A DNA stretch of 64,000 bases from Amoebophrya sp. A120 (Eukaryota > Protista > Dinoflagellata): assembly GCA_905178155.1 (NCBI GenBank), contig CAJINV010000016.1, positions 1,331,386 through 1,395,385 on the forward strand, read 5' to 3'. Of the stretch, positions 49,801 to 61,928 are shown in pieces. The position numbers and the translations under genes are program-made. A model generated the notes under the pieces. The model saw only the letters and a list, made by a program, of their open reading frames with translations, was not told the origin of the DNA and did not search any database. The number at the start of each line of letters is the position of its first letter. Position 1 is the stretch's first letter.

Positions 49801-52800
49801 TTCGAGTTGTCCTCCTCCGCGGCAGAAATTGCAGAATTCGAATTCGCACTCGCAGAGTCACTCCCAGTTGCTTTTATCCTCTTCCGCACAATCTCATCCG
49901 GCCCCTCGTTCATCGCCTGATGGCCCGCGGCAGATTGCAGCCACATCTTGTGCGCCGCTCTTACCCGCTGAATGCTGTTCTTCAAAGTCGCGTGCTGGTC
50001 CCGGTTGTCAAATCTCTGCGGATCCAAGATCGATTCGAGATTCAGCTCCCCACTCAACACCGCTTCCCGCAACCGCCTCCGATGATTGTTGCCCTGCTCC
50101 GCGTGTAGTAAGCGTTTTTGGATTTCCTTTTCCGTCAAAGGGCGGTTGAAGTGGGGGAGTTCCTCGCCGAGCGAGCGAAGGTCGGAAGAGGGGATGCCGT
50201 GTTTTTTGTTCAAAGCGAGGAAATCTTTATCTTGATAGACGTCGCGGAGATTCTCCGCCATGGACAAAGCATCTGGAATGGCTGGCGTGGATTGCGTTTT
50301 CCGGTCCATGTGCGTGATTTCTTCCTTCATCCACGGGTACTTCGACGCGAGTTGCTTGAACAACTCATCGACCGTTTTCGAATTCCGATCAACATGTTCC
50401 TGACGCGCGCCGATAGGAGCTGCTGGAGCAGTACTTCCTTCCGGATCATTTTTGTAGGAACTCAATCCCAAGTTGTACGCGTAGTCGGACAATGAGCCTG
50501 TGCTATCGTAGAGACTCCTGTCTGTTCTTTGCTGTTCCGCCTCCTCCACTGATTTCAACGACGCAGTGGATTCCTGGCTGAACTGAATTTTCTTGAACTT
50601 GATCAAGTCCGGCCGGGCGAGTCGCGGCTCGGAGAAAAGCTGCTCAGACTCGGGATTTGCAAGAACTATTCCTGGGCCGACAGAGAGCTGCCGACGGACG
50701 CGTTCTCTTCTTGGGTAATCCGCTTTGCAGCAGGGTTGGAACCCGACCGTGTTGGTGCAGCACGTGTTTCTGGTGGCCAAGTCGGTGGACTCTGCGCCGT
50801 AGCAGCACTTGCCCGGCTCCACGTAAAACGGGTCATCGAAAGGGGAGATGTAGCCCCAGTCGGTGTAAGAGGTGTAGGCGGTACCTGTGAAAATGGTCAT
50901 TTAGGAGTTTGTGCTGCGCAGAATAGAAAGAAGAAAAAACGAGGCTACGTTTGACGCATGACAAAAGCTCACGCTCAGTACAAAAAACAAAAAGCAACAG
51001 TACGTGTCTCCCGTCCATTCGGGCAGCATTCCGCGCTGGTCATTTTCCACGTTTCCTGTGCACAGCTGGCCATCTCCGCGTCTGTCGGCTTGAAGCAGCA
51101 CTCGTCGAAGCAAGTCGCGAAATTCGACGAAGCGCCTGCACTACCACCAGCAGCTGCCGGCGCCGCCGGCGCTTGTGTCGCCGCCCCGGCGAACAGATTC
51201 GCACCACCGCCAGGGGCTGAACCGGCGGAACTGTCTTCAAAGATGGTCTGGTCAAACCCTGGGATGTCTTTCACCAGGTTTTTCAGCTTGGTAATGTCTT
51301 CCGGCGTCATCCCGGACAGTTTGGCCTCGATCAACTGCTCCAGCGCTTTGTTGTCCGGGCGCTTTATCCTCGCTTCTACGGGCGAGGCCGCCGTCGGCGC
51401 AACGTAAATCGCGTACTGGGGGAGAGAATTTGCCTCTTGCATGGAACCAACATGTTCCTGAAACGTTTCCAGCAGCATCGCAGTCGGCGTGGTTTTCACC
51501 TTGCTGTACAGTTTGAGTGTTTGATCATACGTCCTTTGCGCGATTTCGAACTGCACTAGCAATTTCTGCGCCGTGTGGGAGTTTGTGGATAGTTCTCGTC
51601 TCCTTTTCACGGCCTCCGGGTTGGACAACAGTTGGCTGTTCCTGATTTGTTTTATCCGAGCGATGTTCTCCTTCTCGGCGGGAAGCAATCTTTCGAAGTC
51701 CATTTTGTCATGCTGATCAACCATTTCCATCTGTCGTTTCCACCGCTCGGACAGCTGCCTGGGGTTTGCCAACGTGAAGGAGAGAATCCGAATCTCGTAG
51801 GACTTCACCCCAAACGCCGTGGAAAACGCGTTTTGAAAGCCGGTGATCACGTCCTCATCTCTTAACAAGTCATCCGCGAGCACTGCCCCACCGGCTAACC
51901 CCTGGCCAAACACATTCGCAGTCAAAACGGTCCTCGCCCGGACCACCGGCTGGGTTTGCACTTTCGTCCCATCGATTTCCACCGCGCCACCCGCGCAAAA
52001 CGGGGGCGGGTCGTCCTCAACGAGACAAGCCGGGTCGATGCTGTACCCCTCGCCCGCAGGCTCCTCGGTGTCGTAGTCCATGGTGAGCAACTGCTGGTCG
52101 ACGTACTTTTCGGTCACTGCTCTCGACTCCGCTTTATACACATTCTCTGTCGTCTGCGTCACACCTAAAGTCTCGACCACAGTCCCCATATCCCTGTTCT
52201 GGATCAGCGGGCAGTCCAGCTCCAAGACTTCCCAGAGGTATTTCAAGTAGTCTGGCGCTTTCTGCATCGAAGTGCCGTTGAACCCATCGGGTTCATAGGT
52301 GAACGCGTTCTCCCGGATGCTTGTTGGTAATCCAGTTTTGTACTGACAATACGCATAGACATCCGGATTCGCTTTTATTTGCCCACACGTCGGCGGCATA
52401 CTACCGGAGGCGAGTTCGGGGATCGGGACTAATTGCTCATCCCCGTCCGGGCAGTTGATGTTCACCGCAACGGGGGAGTTCGGATTATCCAGCTGTTCCG
52501 TCACATACCGCTCCGGCATCCCTTTATCTCCCATGCAGTCCCAGTCCGCGCGACCGCAGTTGCAATCACAAACCCCGTCGGACCACTGGCTCGCTTCGCA
52601 CTTCCAGATCCCGACTCTGTCTTCCGTGATTTTCCCAGTTGTCGCGTCCACCGTCGGCCAGAGCCACTGGTAGGCCCGCTGCAATGTTCTGACCTCCATC
52701 ATGGAAGGGGTCGCGGAGTCGGCGGAACCGCCCCGGACAATGATTTTCATCTCAATGTCTGGCGGCACGAGCAACGGGTCGGAGAATCCCGCGTAATTCA

Positions 52801-55800
52801 CGATCAAAGCACCATCATGCAGCCCGTCGCAGAAAATGCTGTTCCTACCCAAATAGAGTGTCCCGTCCTCCGCCATCCCGGGGGAACCCGATTCCGTCGA
52901 ATAATCGCACCAGGGCTTGTCCTCCTTGACAGTACTAAACCCAGTGATTGTCGTGTCGAAATCTTGTTTCGGCGGACTCCTGTCCCGACTCTCCATCACC
53001 TGCGGGGCTAAAGTCTCGTGCCCAAAGGTGATAGAGTCCACCGATTGGACCCAGGGATAATCCGCTGCGAATTTCGCGGTGAAAGCCGTTGTCCAAGTAT
53101 CGTTCGCGGTCACCGTCGCTAAATAGGGCCCGTCCCCGGAGTACCGACTAATCGCGAAAACGAACCGGAAAACCGCTTTCAAATTATCACCATCTACATC
53201 CTGTCCATACGTGTTCAACACCAGATTGTCCAACCCGTTCGGTGAGTCGATCGCAATCCCGTGCTCTTCTGTGGCGTAAATGAAAGACGTCATTCCGACG
53301 GTGGAAAACGTGCTGTACGCAGCGATCGTGGCAGCGGACGTGGCGGTGAGATTAGACAATTTCGTCGCCTCGATTTTGTAGTCAGCTAAGTAGTCGTAGA
53401 GCTTGACGTTGTCATCTGTCGCGGCATTCACAGCTTGAGAAGTTGTTGTCAAATGCCGGAGAATCTTCTGCATGTTGTTCACATCTACTTCCGCTGCGAG
53501 GTCCCTGCTCGTCCCGGTTGAAGTTCCAGTTGTTCTGGTTAGCAAGGATTGCTTATCAAAAGCAAAAATCCCCCCTCCCCATATCGAAAAGGTATGCTTC
53601 CGAAAATTTGTGTTGCTGATTTGAGGTCTCAAATCACATTTGTACTGCAAGAAGACAAGGGCAGAAGCTTCCGCCCCCCTATGGAAGCGATTTGTCATGC
53701 TGTCGGGTCTAAAGGGGAGCCGCTTGCCATGCTGAACAACTAGACGCATACGCCCCTACCTAGCCTGGGGATCTGACTGCAATGCTTTCCTGCAATACAA
53801 ACCTGATTTGTGTACTCAAATCCAGCATCAGAAATTTCCTTTTGATATGGGGAGGGGGGATTTTTCATTTTGATATTGCTGTGTAGTTGAGGCCGCTCCT
53901 GCGTTCTGCAACACTGCGCCGTTTTCATCGTAATCTCCAGAACTACTGGCCTGCTGCAGCCTTCTTGCTACAGTAGTTGTTGTGCTGCTCAAATCGGCGA
54001 GTTCTCCGGCGTGCTTCAGCACAAACCCCTGCGCCGCGTCGTTTTTCGGATTTATCCCGGCGTTGTTCGCATCGTACTGCGTTGCGGCATAGAGACTCGC
54101 CATCGCAGTGGCTAACTGCGCATCCACGTTGGTCTTCAACGTCGCCTCCGGAAAGGCAGTGATGTTCCCCCCGTTCCCCGTGATATACTGGTCGAAGATT
54201 TTATTGATGGTGTACCACTGCCTCGTTCGGAACTTCACCTCGAGCAAAACCTTATCAAATGCAAATATGTCTGGGTCTGGAAGATTGCTACATTTGTCAT
54301 GCTAAACAGAAGTGCGGCACACTTTGCCATTTGTCATGCATGTCCATACAATGCTACATTTGTCATGCATGTCTGACATGACTCAAGAATCTGTGACGCA
54401 TGGGCACGAAGCGGCGCTCCTTTCTGTCGTGCAAAAACGCAGTCTGTCATGCGGAACACGCAACACATAGGAGCCCAAAAATTTGTCATGCTTGGCTCCG
54501 TATTGCAGTGGGCCTTTCATTCACTTCTAGCATTACAAGTTTCCGGACCCAGACATGTTTGCAATGCATAAACCTCTCTGGACCCGCCCGTCACCTTGCT
54601 GGTCCAATCGTAGCCCGCCGCCGGGTTTGCTGGCGGCGCTAGCACCATCGCGGTCCCGCCGGCAGTAGCGTCGTTCAACGCGACTAGGTCCGGCTTGATC
54701 ACGCTGGAATCCATCCCGGTGAGGCCAAACGTTTGGCCAATGGCGATGCGGATCGCTTCTTTGACCGAATCCGAGTTGTAACCAACATCAGCGTTGGAAA
54801 CATCCTTCGCACCGGTCAAAGCGGCCCAGGCGGTATTTGCATCGAGAGTCCCGGAAGAACTGCTGGGTGGGGTTTGGAGAACAAAGTACATCCCATATAA
54901 CCTCGCGTTGACCTTACACACGGATTTAAACGGGTCGTCGTAGATGTCTACGAAGCAATTTGTGCTGCCCGGGACGGTGTTCACGCCCGAATCCAGATAG
55001 TCTAAACTCCTAGCATCGGTTAAATCCCCATCCGTTTTGCTCGGGTAGTTGTAAATCGACTTCGATGCGTCTAATGACCCCGTGTACTGCCTCGCTAAAA
55101 TCGACTTCACGCCCGCGGACTCCAAGCCGTTCGCGTAGCCCGAGATGTCCAATCGCTGCCTTTCAGCCATGAGATTGACAGCGCAACTGGAGGTGGTATT
55201 TGTCTGGTTCGAAAGTGCACTCGAAAGTGTTGTGAGTCTTCTCCTTTTCTCCTCGTACTCTGCGGAATTTTGCAGCGGGTGCTGCCCGCTTTCCGTTTCG
55301 AGAATCAAACCCATGTCGTCCATCATGTTCTGCGCAGCGGTCAAAGCGTTTTCTAGCCTGCGTTGCTTGGACTCCAGAACCTCTAAATTGGATCGCTTTT
55401 TCATATTTTTCGCGTACCGCTTCTCTGTTCTTTTGCTTTTCGAGACTTTTGGAAGTTGCTTGCTCTTCGGGTCACCTATCTCGACAAAGGCCGCGTTAGC
55501 TGCGTCGTTTTCCTCAAACGCAGATCTGTGGTAGACATAACCTTCACTGCCTTCGTCTTTCAACTGGCGCTGTCTCGGCGCCGCAGTTGTGGTTGTCGTG
55601 GTTGTCGTAGTGGAAGTAGCCCCGGTGCTACCGGTGCGGATCTGCATCTCGGACGAATCTATCATGATCCTGTACGGCCCGGCCTGGGAGAAGGGCTGAT
55701 TTGGGTTGTCCAACTGCAGAATGGTGTCGGTGTAATCCCCTGCGAGAGACGACACCATCGTCCCAGACGCGAAGTGGTTGTAGCGGTAGGACGGACCCGT

Positions 55801-58800
55801 GGACCGGATGTGCAAGATTTGCGTTTTTGTTTTCGTATCCACCGGCTCGGACACGATGCCGGAAACTAATTCCGTGATCCCCTGCCCGAAGTTCAACTCT
55901 GCCGTGAAATTCTGCCCCGCGAGATCTGCGGCCGGGAACCCCGCTTTCGGCCCGAGGAACACCTTCACTATTCTCGTTGATTGTAGTGCTGTTGTATCTG
56001 TTCCATTCGCACCATACGTCTGCATGACAGTCGTGTCATACGCCAATGCCCCCTCCTTCGCCGGAATGTCCCCCGTCGGCTTGTACTGACAGACGTACTC
56101 GTTGTTCTCGTTCCGGCTGGTCCTGCCGCCATACAACACGTCGTACGGACAGACCCAGCAGGCGTTCCCGCCCTCCGCCTGGAAATCTTCATTGTGACCG
56201 ATATACCCGTTTAACAACAATTCCCCCGGCATGGTCATGCTAGTACAGGGTTCGGACACCGCAACATCCAATCCACTGCTATCATAGATCGGCGTGGTGC
56301 ACCGGCCTAGAGGACTGCAGATTTCCATGTCCGCACAGTACTTAACCGGAAGGGTGCCTGATAAACAGTCCGGATCTGCCATACCACAGTTACAATCACA
56401 GAACTCCCCGTCCATGTATCTTGAAACTGGACACACCCACAATCCTTCGGTCGCAACCGGCGGGTAACTCGTCGGCCGGTCGGTTTTGAAGTTCAACCGC
56501 GTGGATCCAATGCTCGTCCCTCTTGTGACTTTCACCCGGTAAGAATCCACTTTGCTTGTCACCAACATCCTTTCCATTCCCATATCGCCCGTTACTTGGA
56601 TGTAGAAGGGAAACGGCCTGGTCCACAAGACCATCGGACTCTTCTATCCTGAGTAAAAACGTACCCACGCCAGAGTTGTAATGCAGATTTGCAAAGACAG
56701 GAAGACTTGTAATGCGCATCCCCATGAGAGCTCTTTCCAATCGTGTTTTGGAATTTCTGATGCTGTGAACAGGATGAGCAGATGAGTCTGTGATGCGGCT
56801 GCACTTGCTAACCTGCACTACACTGCAGAGTGCAACTTGTCATGCGTGACTCACAAAACTCCTAGGTTTGTGTTGCAAAATCCCCATCCTGACTCTGGTG
56901 TGGGTACGTTTTTCCTCAGGATATCTTCAAGATCAAGGTCCGCGCATACTTCGTCGGCGGCTCCGCTCTTAGTAATGCCGGGTTGAAATAAGTCCCGAGT
57001 TTCCCGTCGCAGACGATCTGCTCCGCGGAATACTGGAAGTTGTTGACGTAGTTCAAAAACAGCATCCAGTCCGTGAACACGACCGGCACGGTTACATCGG
57101 TGTTGGTCACCACGCCCGTGCTTATGGATTGTAAAAGTGTCTGGGTCTGGAAGGTTGGAACTTGTAATGCTAGCTTTCCATACCTAGAAAATCTGTATTG
57201 CATAACCACAACAAAAGTCGCAGCCTCTTTTGTCACGCAAAAACGCAGTTTGTCATGCGGATTGCCTTTGAGAAAGCGTTTTGGGAAGTTGTCATGCCGG
57301 ACTGCATTCGGAAGGTTTTTCATTATGCACATTTCAGCATCACAAGTTTCCAGACCCAGACACTCTTGCATTTCATAGTGCTGGAATTCACGCCCGTTTC
57401 GAACCCAAAGTCTCGCATCCGCCTTTCCACGTTCACCTGATACCTCCCATACGCTACGTTCTGCATGAACTGCCGGATTTGGGCGGCGGTCCAGGAAGAC
57501 TCCATGATCATCAGGTTGTTCTGCGAGGAGCGTCTTCTCCAAGTTCCGGACTCTGTGTTCGTGTAGAAATCCGGGTGCCAAGACCAGTTCCCGGTGACCA
57601 TCGTGTCCATCATGGTCTTCCTTTGGTATTCCCGGTCGTATTTTAGCAGATAAGGTCTCAACGCGTCGTACTGGTACCGGGAGACTAATCCTACTTGCAC
57701 CTGACAGCTCTTCACATTCCGCAGTTGCTTTGGATCGAACCGGACAAATGCGACGACGTCATGATCGAAAAATTCGTCCGAGGCACCCATTAAGCCCAAA
57801 TCTGAGTACGCGTAACGGAGCGACTCGTCGAAGTTGTGGGTGGAGGAAGTGACTGCCATCTCACGGAGGTAACGGGTCGCGTTCGGCATTGGGGATTCAA
57901 TGGAAGACCCTCCGTAACTGTAGGAGTTGAACATGATCGGGACTTTTTCGTGCGCCGCGAACGCGACCTGGACGTTGTTGTTCGTGGATGTTCCGCCGAA
58001 ATGGATCCCGTTTTTGTCCTTCCACTCGACCTATGAACTGCAAAAGTGTCTGGGTCTGGAAGAATACAAACTTGCGATGCGCATTTCAGAACACAGATAA
58101 ATCTGTCACGCATAGGTAGCAAAAGCTGCCCACTTTCTGCCAGCAAAGTGGGGGATTTGTCATGCGAATTCGGCATCGCGGAAGCTTCTCGAAACCTGTG
58201 ATGCTAGATCTCCCATGCCCGACCTTCTGTGTCATGCAAAAACAGCATGATTCTTCCAGACCCAGACATATTTGCAATTGATACGACCTTCGCGACCGAA
58301 GATTTCCCGTCTTCCTCGTAGAATTCAATCCGGGATTTCCACAAAAACTCCAGCGCCGGCACATCCAAATACGGTTTCACGGCGAACCGGGGGAAGTCCG
58401 TGTAGTAGAGTGGGTTGAACTCACACCCTCTTGTCTCAAAGGCGTTCGCGTCGGTGTTGTTGAACGGGTCCGTGAACTCTTTCCGGTACTCTCGGGTGAC
58501 ACCGACACCAGAGTACATACTGTTCTGGTAGCAGATGTAGTCCACGTTGAGAGCCACGTTGCCCCACCCGGAGAGGGTGACGTTTGCGGAGAATAAGCGG
58601 TTCACGCTGTTGTACAGCAGCATCGTCGCTAACCCAGTGAACAGAACTGAAGTAATAGCGCCGCACCACGTTGGCGGTAAGTCGCCCGGCATGGTCTCGC
58701 CCGCCTTGTCCATGCGCCGGGCAAATTTATCGGTGTACTTGATATACCACGGCGGATTGTAGTACTCGATATCGGTTCTCTGGATCTCCTCATCGAAGGG

Positions 58801-59256
58801 CCCGTAGCGGCCAAAGTGGACGTTTCGATACAGCCACGCGCGCCACCACACTGGTTTCACGTTCTTAAACGCGTCGTCCGCGGCGGTCTTCGCCTCTTCC
58901 CTTCTCTTCTCGTCCGCTTCCCTCTCCTCATCCGTTGTGTTCAAGGCGTGCTTTGTCTTAAACGGCATTGCAACGGGGAGCTTCACCGGGATGTTGGGGA
59001 CGAATTTCTTCGTCCACTTAAACGTCCCCGAAACGCCATTGCCCGCGTTGCTTACTTTCTGTTTGAACCCGCCCGCCATCACTGTCATCCCACCGGATAA
59101 CCGGCCAAAAGTCGCGCCGGGCGCCGCCATCATCCCGCCGACGGAATGGAACATCCCGCCCGCCTCATCCCCGTGGTGGCCCCTGCCCGCCTCGTGGTGC
59201 TCGCGGTCCCGGGGGTGGTGGTGCTCTCCTCCTTCGTGATTCTGATTCTCCGCCAT
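46848..59256 (-). CDS. Very large (~3,612 aa) membrane protein: N- and C-terminal TM helices flanking a ~3,000-aa Cys-containing ectodomain; 7 exons
   Basis: Removing five TIR introners and one GT-AG intron (50885-51003) gives a 10,839-nt frame. Hydrophobic segments CGAITSVLFTGLATMLLY and FLALLGAMAGYTGLIGSVLFLW; two DG..CDCNCG..D.DC modules; repeated RRL motifs. Confidence 0.8.
53554..53875. mobile_element. TIR introner, family D, TSD ttgct
   Basis: Perfect TSD; join TTQQ|SLLT. Confidence 0.93.
54253..54570. mobile_element. TIR introner, family A with an internal duplication, TSD aacct
   Basis: Perfect TSD; join SREV|LLEV; interior related to 29594-29851. Confidence 0.93.
56645..56923. mobile_element. 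TIR introner, family C, TSD tcttc
   Basis: Near-identical to 29078-29356; join ILK|SPMV. Confidence 0.95.
57123..57377. mobile_element. TIR introner, family A, TSD gtgct
   Basis: Perfect TSD; join NSST|GVVT. Confidence 0.93.
58032..58283. mobile_element. TIR introner, family A with a B-like outer left end, TSD cgacc
   Basis: Perfect TSD; join VAKV|EWKD. Confidence 0.93.
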
Positions 59257-60704
59257 TGTCGCTGGCTTCGAGATGAAAAGGCGATTGCAATTGAGGGGAT
59301 AGGACTTTTTAGGCTCGTCGAATAGAAGAGTTCTTGTTGTAGAGGATTTATTCCGCTCGCTGTCGCTGAGTTTTTACTGCAGCAGATCTTCTGCTTTCGA
59401 AAATCTCAGCTAACAGCGAAAAATCCGAGATAAAAAAGGGTAGGTAAAAAAGCCACACCCGCGTGTTTCAGCGGGGTGGGAAATGAAATCCTGAAAAACA
59501 ACTACTGGCTCGTCTAGAAAAAGAACTACGTAAATCGCCAGCAGAAATTTTCTATCGCTTTGTCAAAACGGGTGTGCTCTGAAGCCGGAACGAATTCGAA
59601 GACACCGATGTTTGTTTAGCGACAAAAATTTTGATCACAACACTCTTGGATTACACAGCTGGCGATTTAAAGGGTTGTAAATTGGAATAAACAAAGAGAC
59701 AATACTGAAACTATTTCTTAACACGATGCTTGAAATATTTGATCCGCTTGAGGTAAACAAAACTGCTGCCAAAATGGTCGCTTATATTCCTATGACGCTA
59801 TGCTTGAATGATAACAAAAAAAGAGATGGCGGTTGTTGAAATGAAATCGAAAATGGTAGATGTGACAAACGCTCTATTCGTAATTCGAAATGTAAATAGG
59901 CAATAACGCTGAAACTACTAGTGAACTCACTGCACAGCAGTACTCCTTGATGCTGTTCATCCACCTTTTAAAACAAATACTGCCATTTTCACTGACTAGA
60001 TCCGATACCAATGCCACCAATATCAAAATATGTTGTGCGGGGGTGATATTTTGTTTTCTCCTCCTCGTGGTGACTGTTTCAGTTTGAAAATTTGAAAGGT
60101 TTTTATCATGATTCACAGCTGATGTTGTGGTGAGCTTACGCTTTTTACGAGAGCGGGCAATGCAGCTCTTTAGTCGTTCTTGCACGAGAGATGCACGAAG
60201 CTATTCTGGTTGTACGTTGTTACGATGTCACACAGTGTGCACGGAGAGCTACCGACTTTTAGTTTCTTGTTTCTTTCACTGCACGACCGACAATTGAAAT
60301 TGTTCCACCTTCAGAATTTATTATCGCAATGCACGGCGTACGTATGTTAAAATCCGATATGATCATCTGCTGCATGCAACATTCATCTCGAACGATTATC
60401 TTCCTACAGGTTGTAGACTGTGCGTTTTTCAAGCAAATCCGAAATCATGCGGACGACGAACACAAAATTGATCTATCCTACCTCTCATTCAGTGTAAAAA
60501 GTGCTGAGCCGCACGTTACGATCATACCATGCGCGAAAATGATCATTTTCGTTTTGATTTACAAGCGAGGGGAAAGCAAAACTCTCTTCAATCTAGTAGA
60601 TTACAGCCTAGGGAAAAATGCAAATAGGCATACCTGGGCTAAAATAGAAGGCTGGGTAGATCTAAAAACACATATATGATCTTGTCCTTTTGTGATGTAG
60701 CTCG

Positions 60705-61928
60705 TCACCACTGGTCCCACTGCGACGGCTTGCCAAGGACTTCTGCTTGGCTGTGCGCCGCCGGAAGATGGCCTTTACTCTTTTTACCTGCTCCTTCTTG
60801 TGCTTTTCCTTTACTTCCACTACCCGCTGGCTGATGCCCTGCTTTACCTTTCGTTTCATGACCCGCCTTTGGGTGGTGGTCCACATGATGGTCTGCTCCA
60901 TTATGCTGGTGAGCTGCTGGCGGTCCATGCTTTTGCTGTCCACTGTCTTCCCCGCCGGCGCCCCACTCTAATGCAAGTTGTGCTTGTGACGGAGCAGGCT
61001 GCTCATCGTGATGCTCGGACTCCTTGCCTTTCCCCTTGATGATGCCCTTTTTGCTAGAATTGGATCCCTTCCCGGCACTACTTCTACGTTGGTCTTTCCC
61101 ACCTTTGCTCTTATTTGTTGCAGCACCAACAATTGCAGGCGGAGGCGAAGGGTAGTTCTCGTAATAGCTAGCATCGCCTCCATCCCACTCGAGTGACAAC
61201 GGCTGCGCGGGCCCTGCTTCCAATTGAAGTTGCTTGCCAGAGGTAGAGGAAACTTTTTTCTCCCTACTGCTGCCCCGCGAGGATGACGCTGCCCCCGCAG
61301 CTGTAGCTGAACCCGGCCCTGGCGCCAAATGGCTCCAGTCATCCGGGTCGCTCATCGCCGCGTGGATATCCTCATGATGCTCCCGCGCTCGGTGGTGCAC
61401 GTTCTTTTCCCGTTTCTTTTGAAGCCACTGGTGCGCGAGCGAGTTTTTTCCCGCAAAATAGGTGAAGTAGACGACGATCAAGACCAGCACGATCGTCCAG
61501 AAAACGAGCCAGAAGACCAACGTAGTTGCCCCGGTAGTTTTTTCTTCCACGCTGACCGTGCTCTCGTAGACCGGGCGGGGGGTTGTGGTGGTGAGGAGTG
61601 TTTCGGTTATCGCGACCTGAGCGCCGAGTCCTCCGGCTACAAGGGTTGTCGTGGAGGTCGTTGTAGTGGTCGTGGTCACCGTGACATTACTTGTGAGTAA
61701 ACGCAACGACCCGCCTTCTATTTCGTCGAGAGTCGATTGCTCCGATGAAAAATCGCCCTGTAGATGGATAAAGTCGAAGAAGTTCCCGGCGAAGCAAATC
61801 AGAAAGACGCCGCCGAGGAGGATGGCCTTTGCTCCCGTTTTCGCCCAAGAACTGGCTGCGGCTGTCGCTGGCAGCTCCGCGGAGCTGGAGGAGGAATCCA
61901 TGCACATGTTCCGGTGGGAAGGCTGCAT
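60705..61928 (-). CDS. Hypothetical membrane protein (N-terminal hydrophobic segment, Thr-rich stalk, TM helix, low-complexity tail)
   Basis: 407-aa ORF; AILLGGVFLICFAG and LVFWLVFWTIVLVLIVVYF hydrophobic segments; LRLL motif. Confidence 0.6.
   Translation of the reverse strand: MQPSHRNMCMDSSSSSAELPATAAASSWAKTGAKAILLGGVFLICFAGNFFDFIHLQGDFSSEQSTLDEIEGGSLRLLTSNVTVTTTTTTTSTTTLVAGGLGAQVAITETLLTTTTPRPVYESTVSVEEKTTGATTLVFWLVFWTIVLVLIVVYFTYFAGKNSLAHQWLQKKREKNVHHRAREHHEDIHAAMSDPDDWSHLAPGPGSATAAGAASSSRGSSREKKVSSTSGKQLQLEAGPAQPLSLEWDGGDASYYENYPSPPPAIVGAATNKSKGGKDQRRSSAGKGSNSSKKGIIKGKGKESEHHDEQPAPSQAQLALEWGAGGEDSGQQKHGPPAAHQHNGADHHVDHHPKAGHETKGKAGHQPAGSGSKGKAQEGAGKKSKGHLPAAHSQAEVLGKPSQWDQW

Noticed and set aside
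11776-58283. Recurrent ~30-bp repeat GTCTGGGTCTGGAAG / CTTCCAGACCCAGAC as a CRISPR-like array
   Set aside because: Copies are dispersed inverted pairs bounding ~250-320 bp elements, not tandem direct repeats with spacers; no cas genes.
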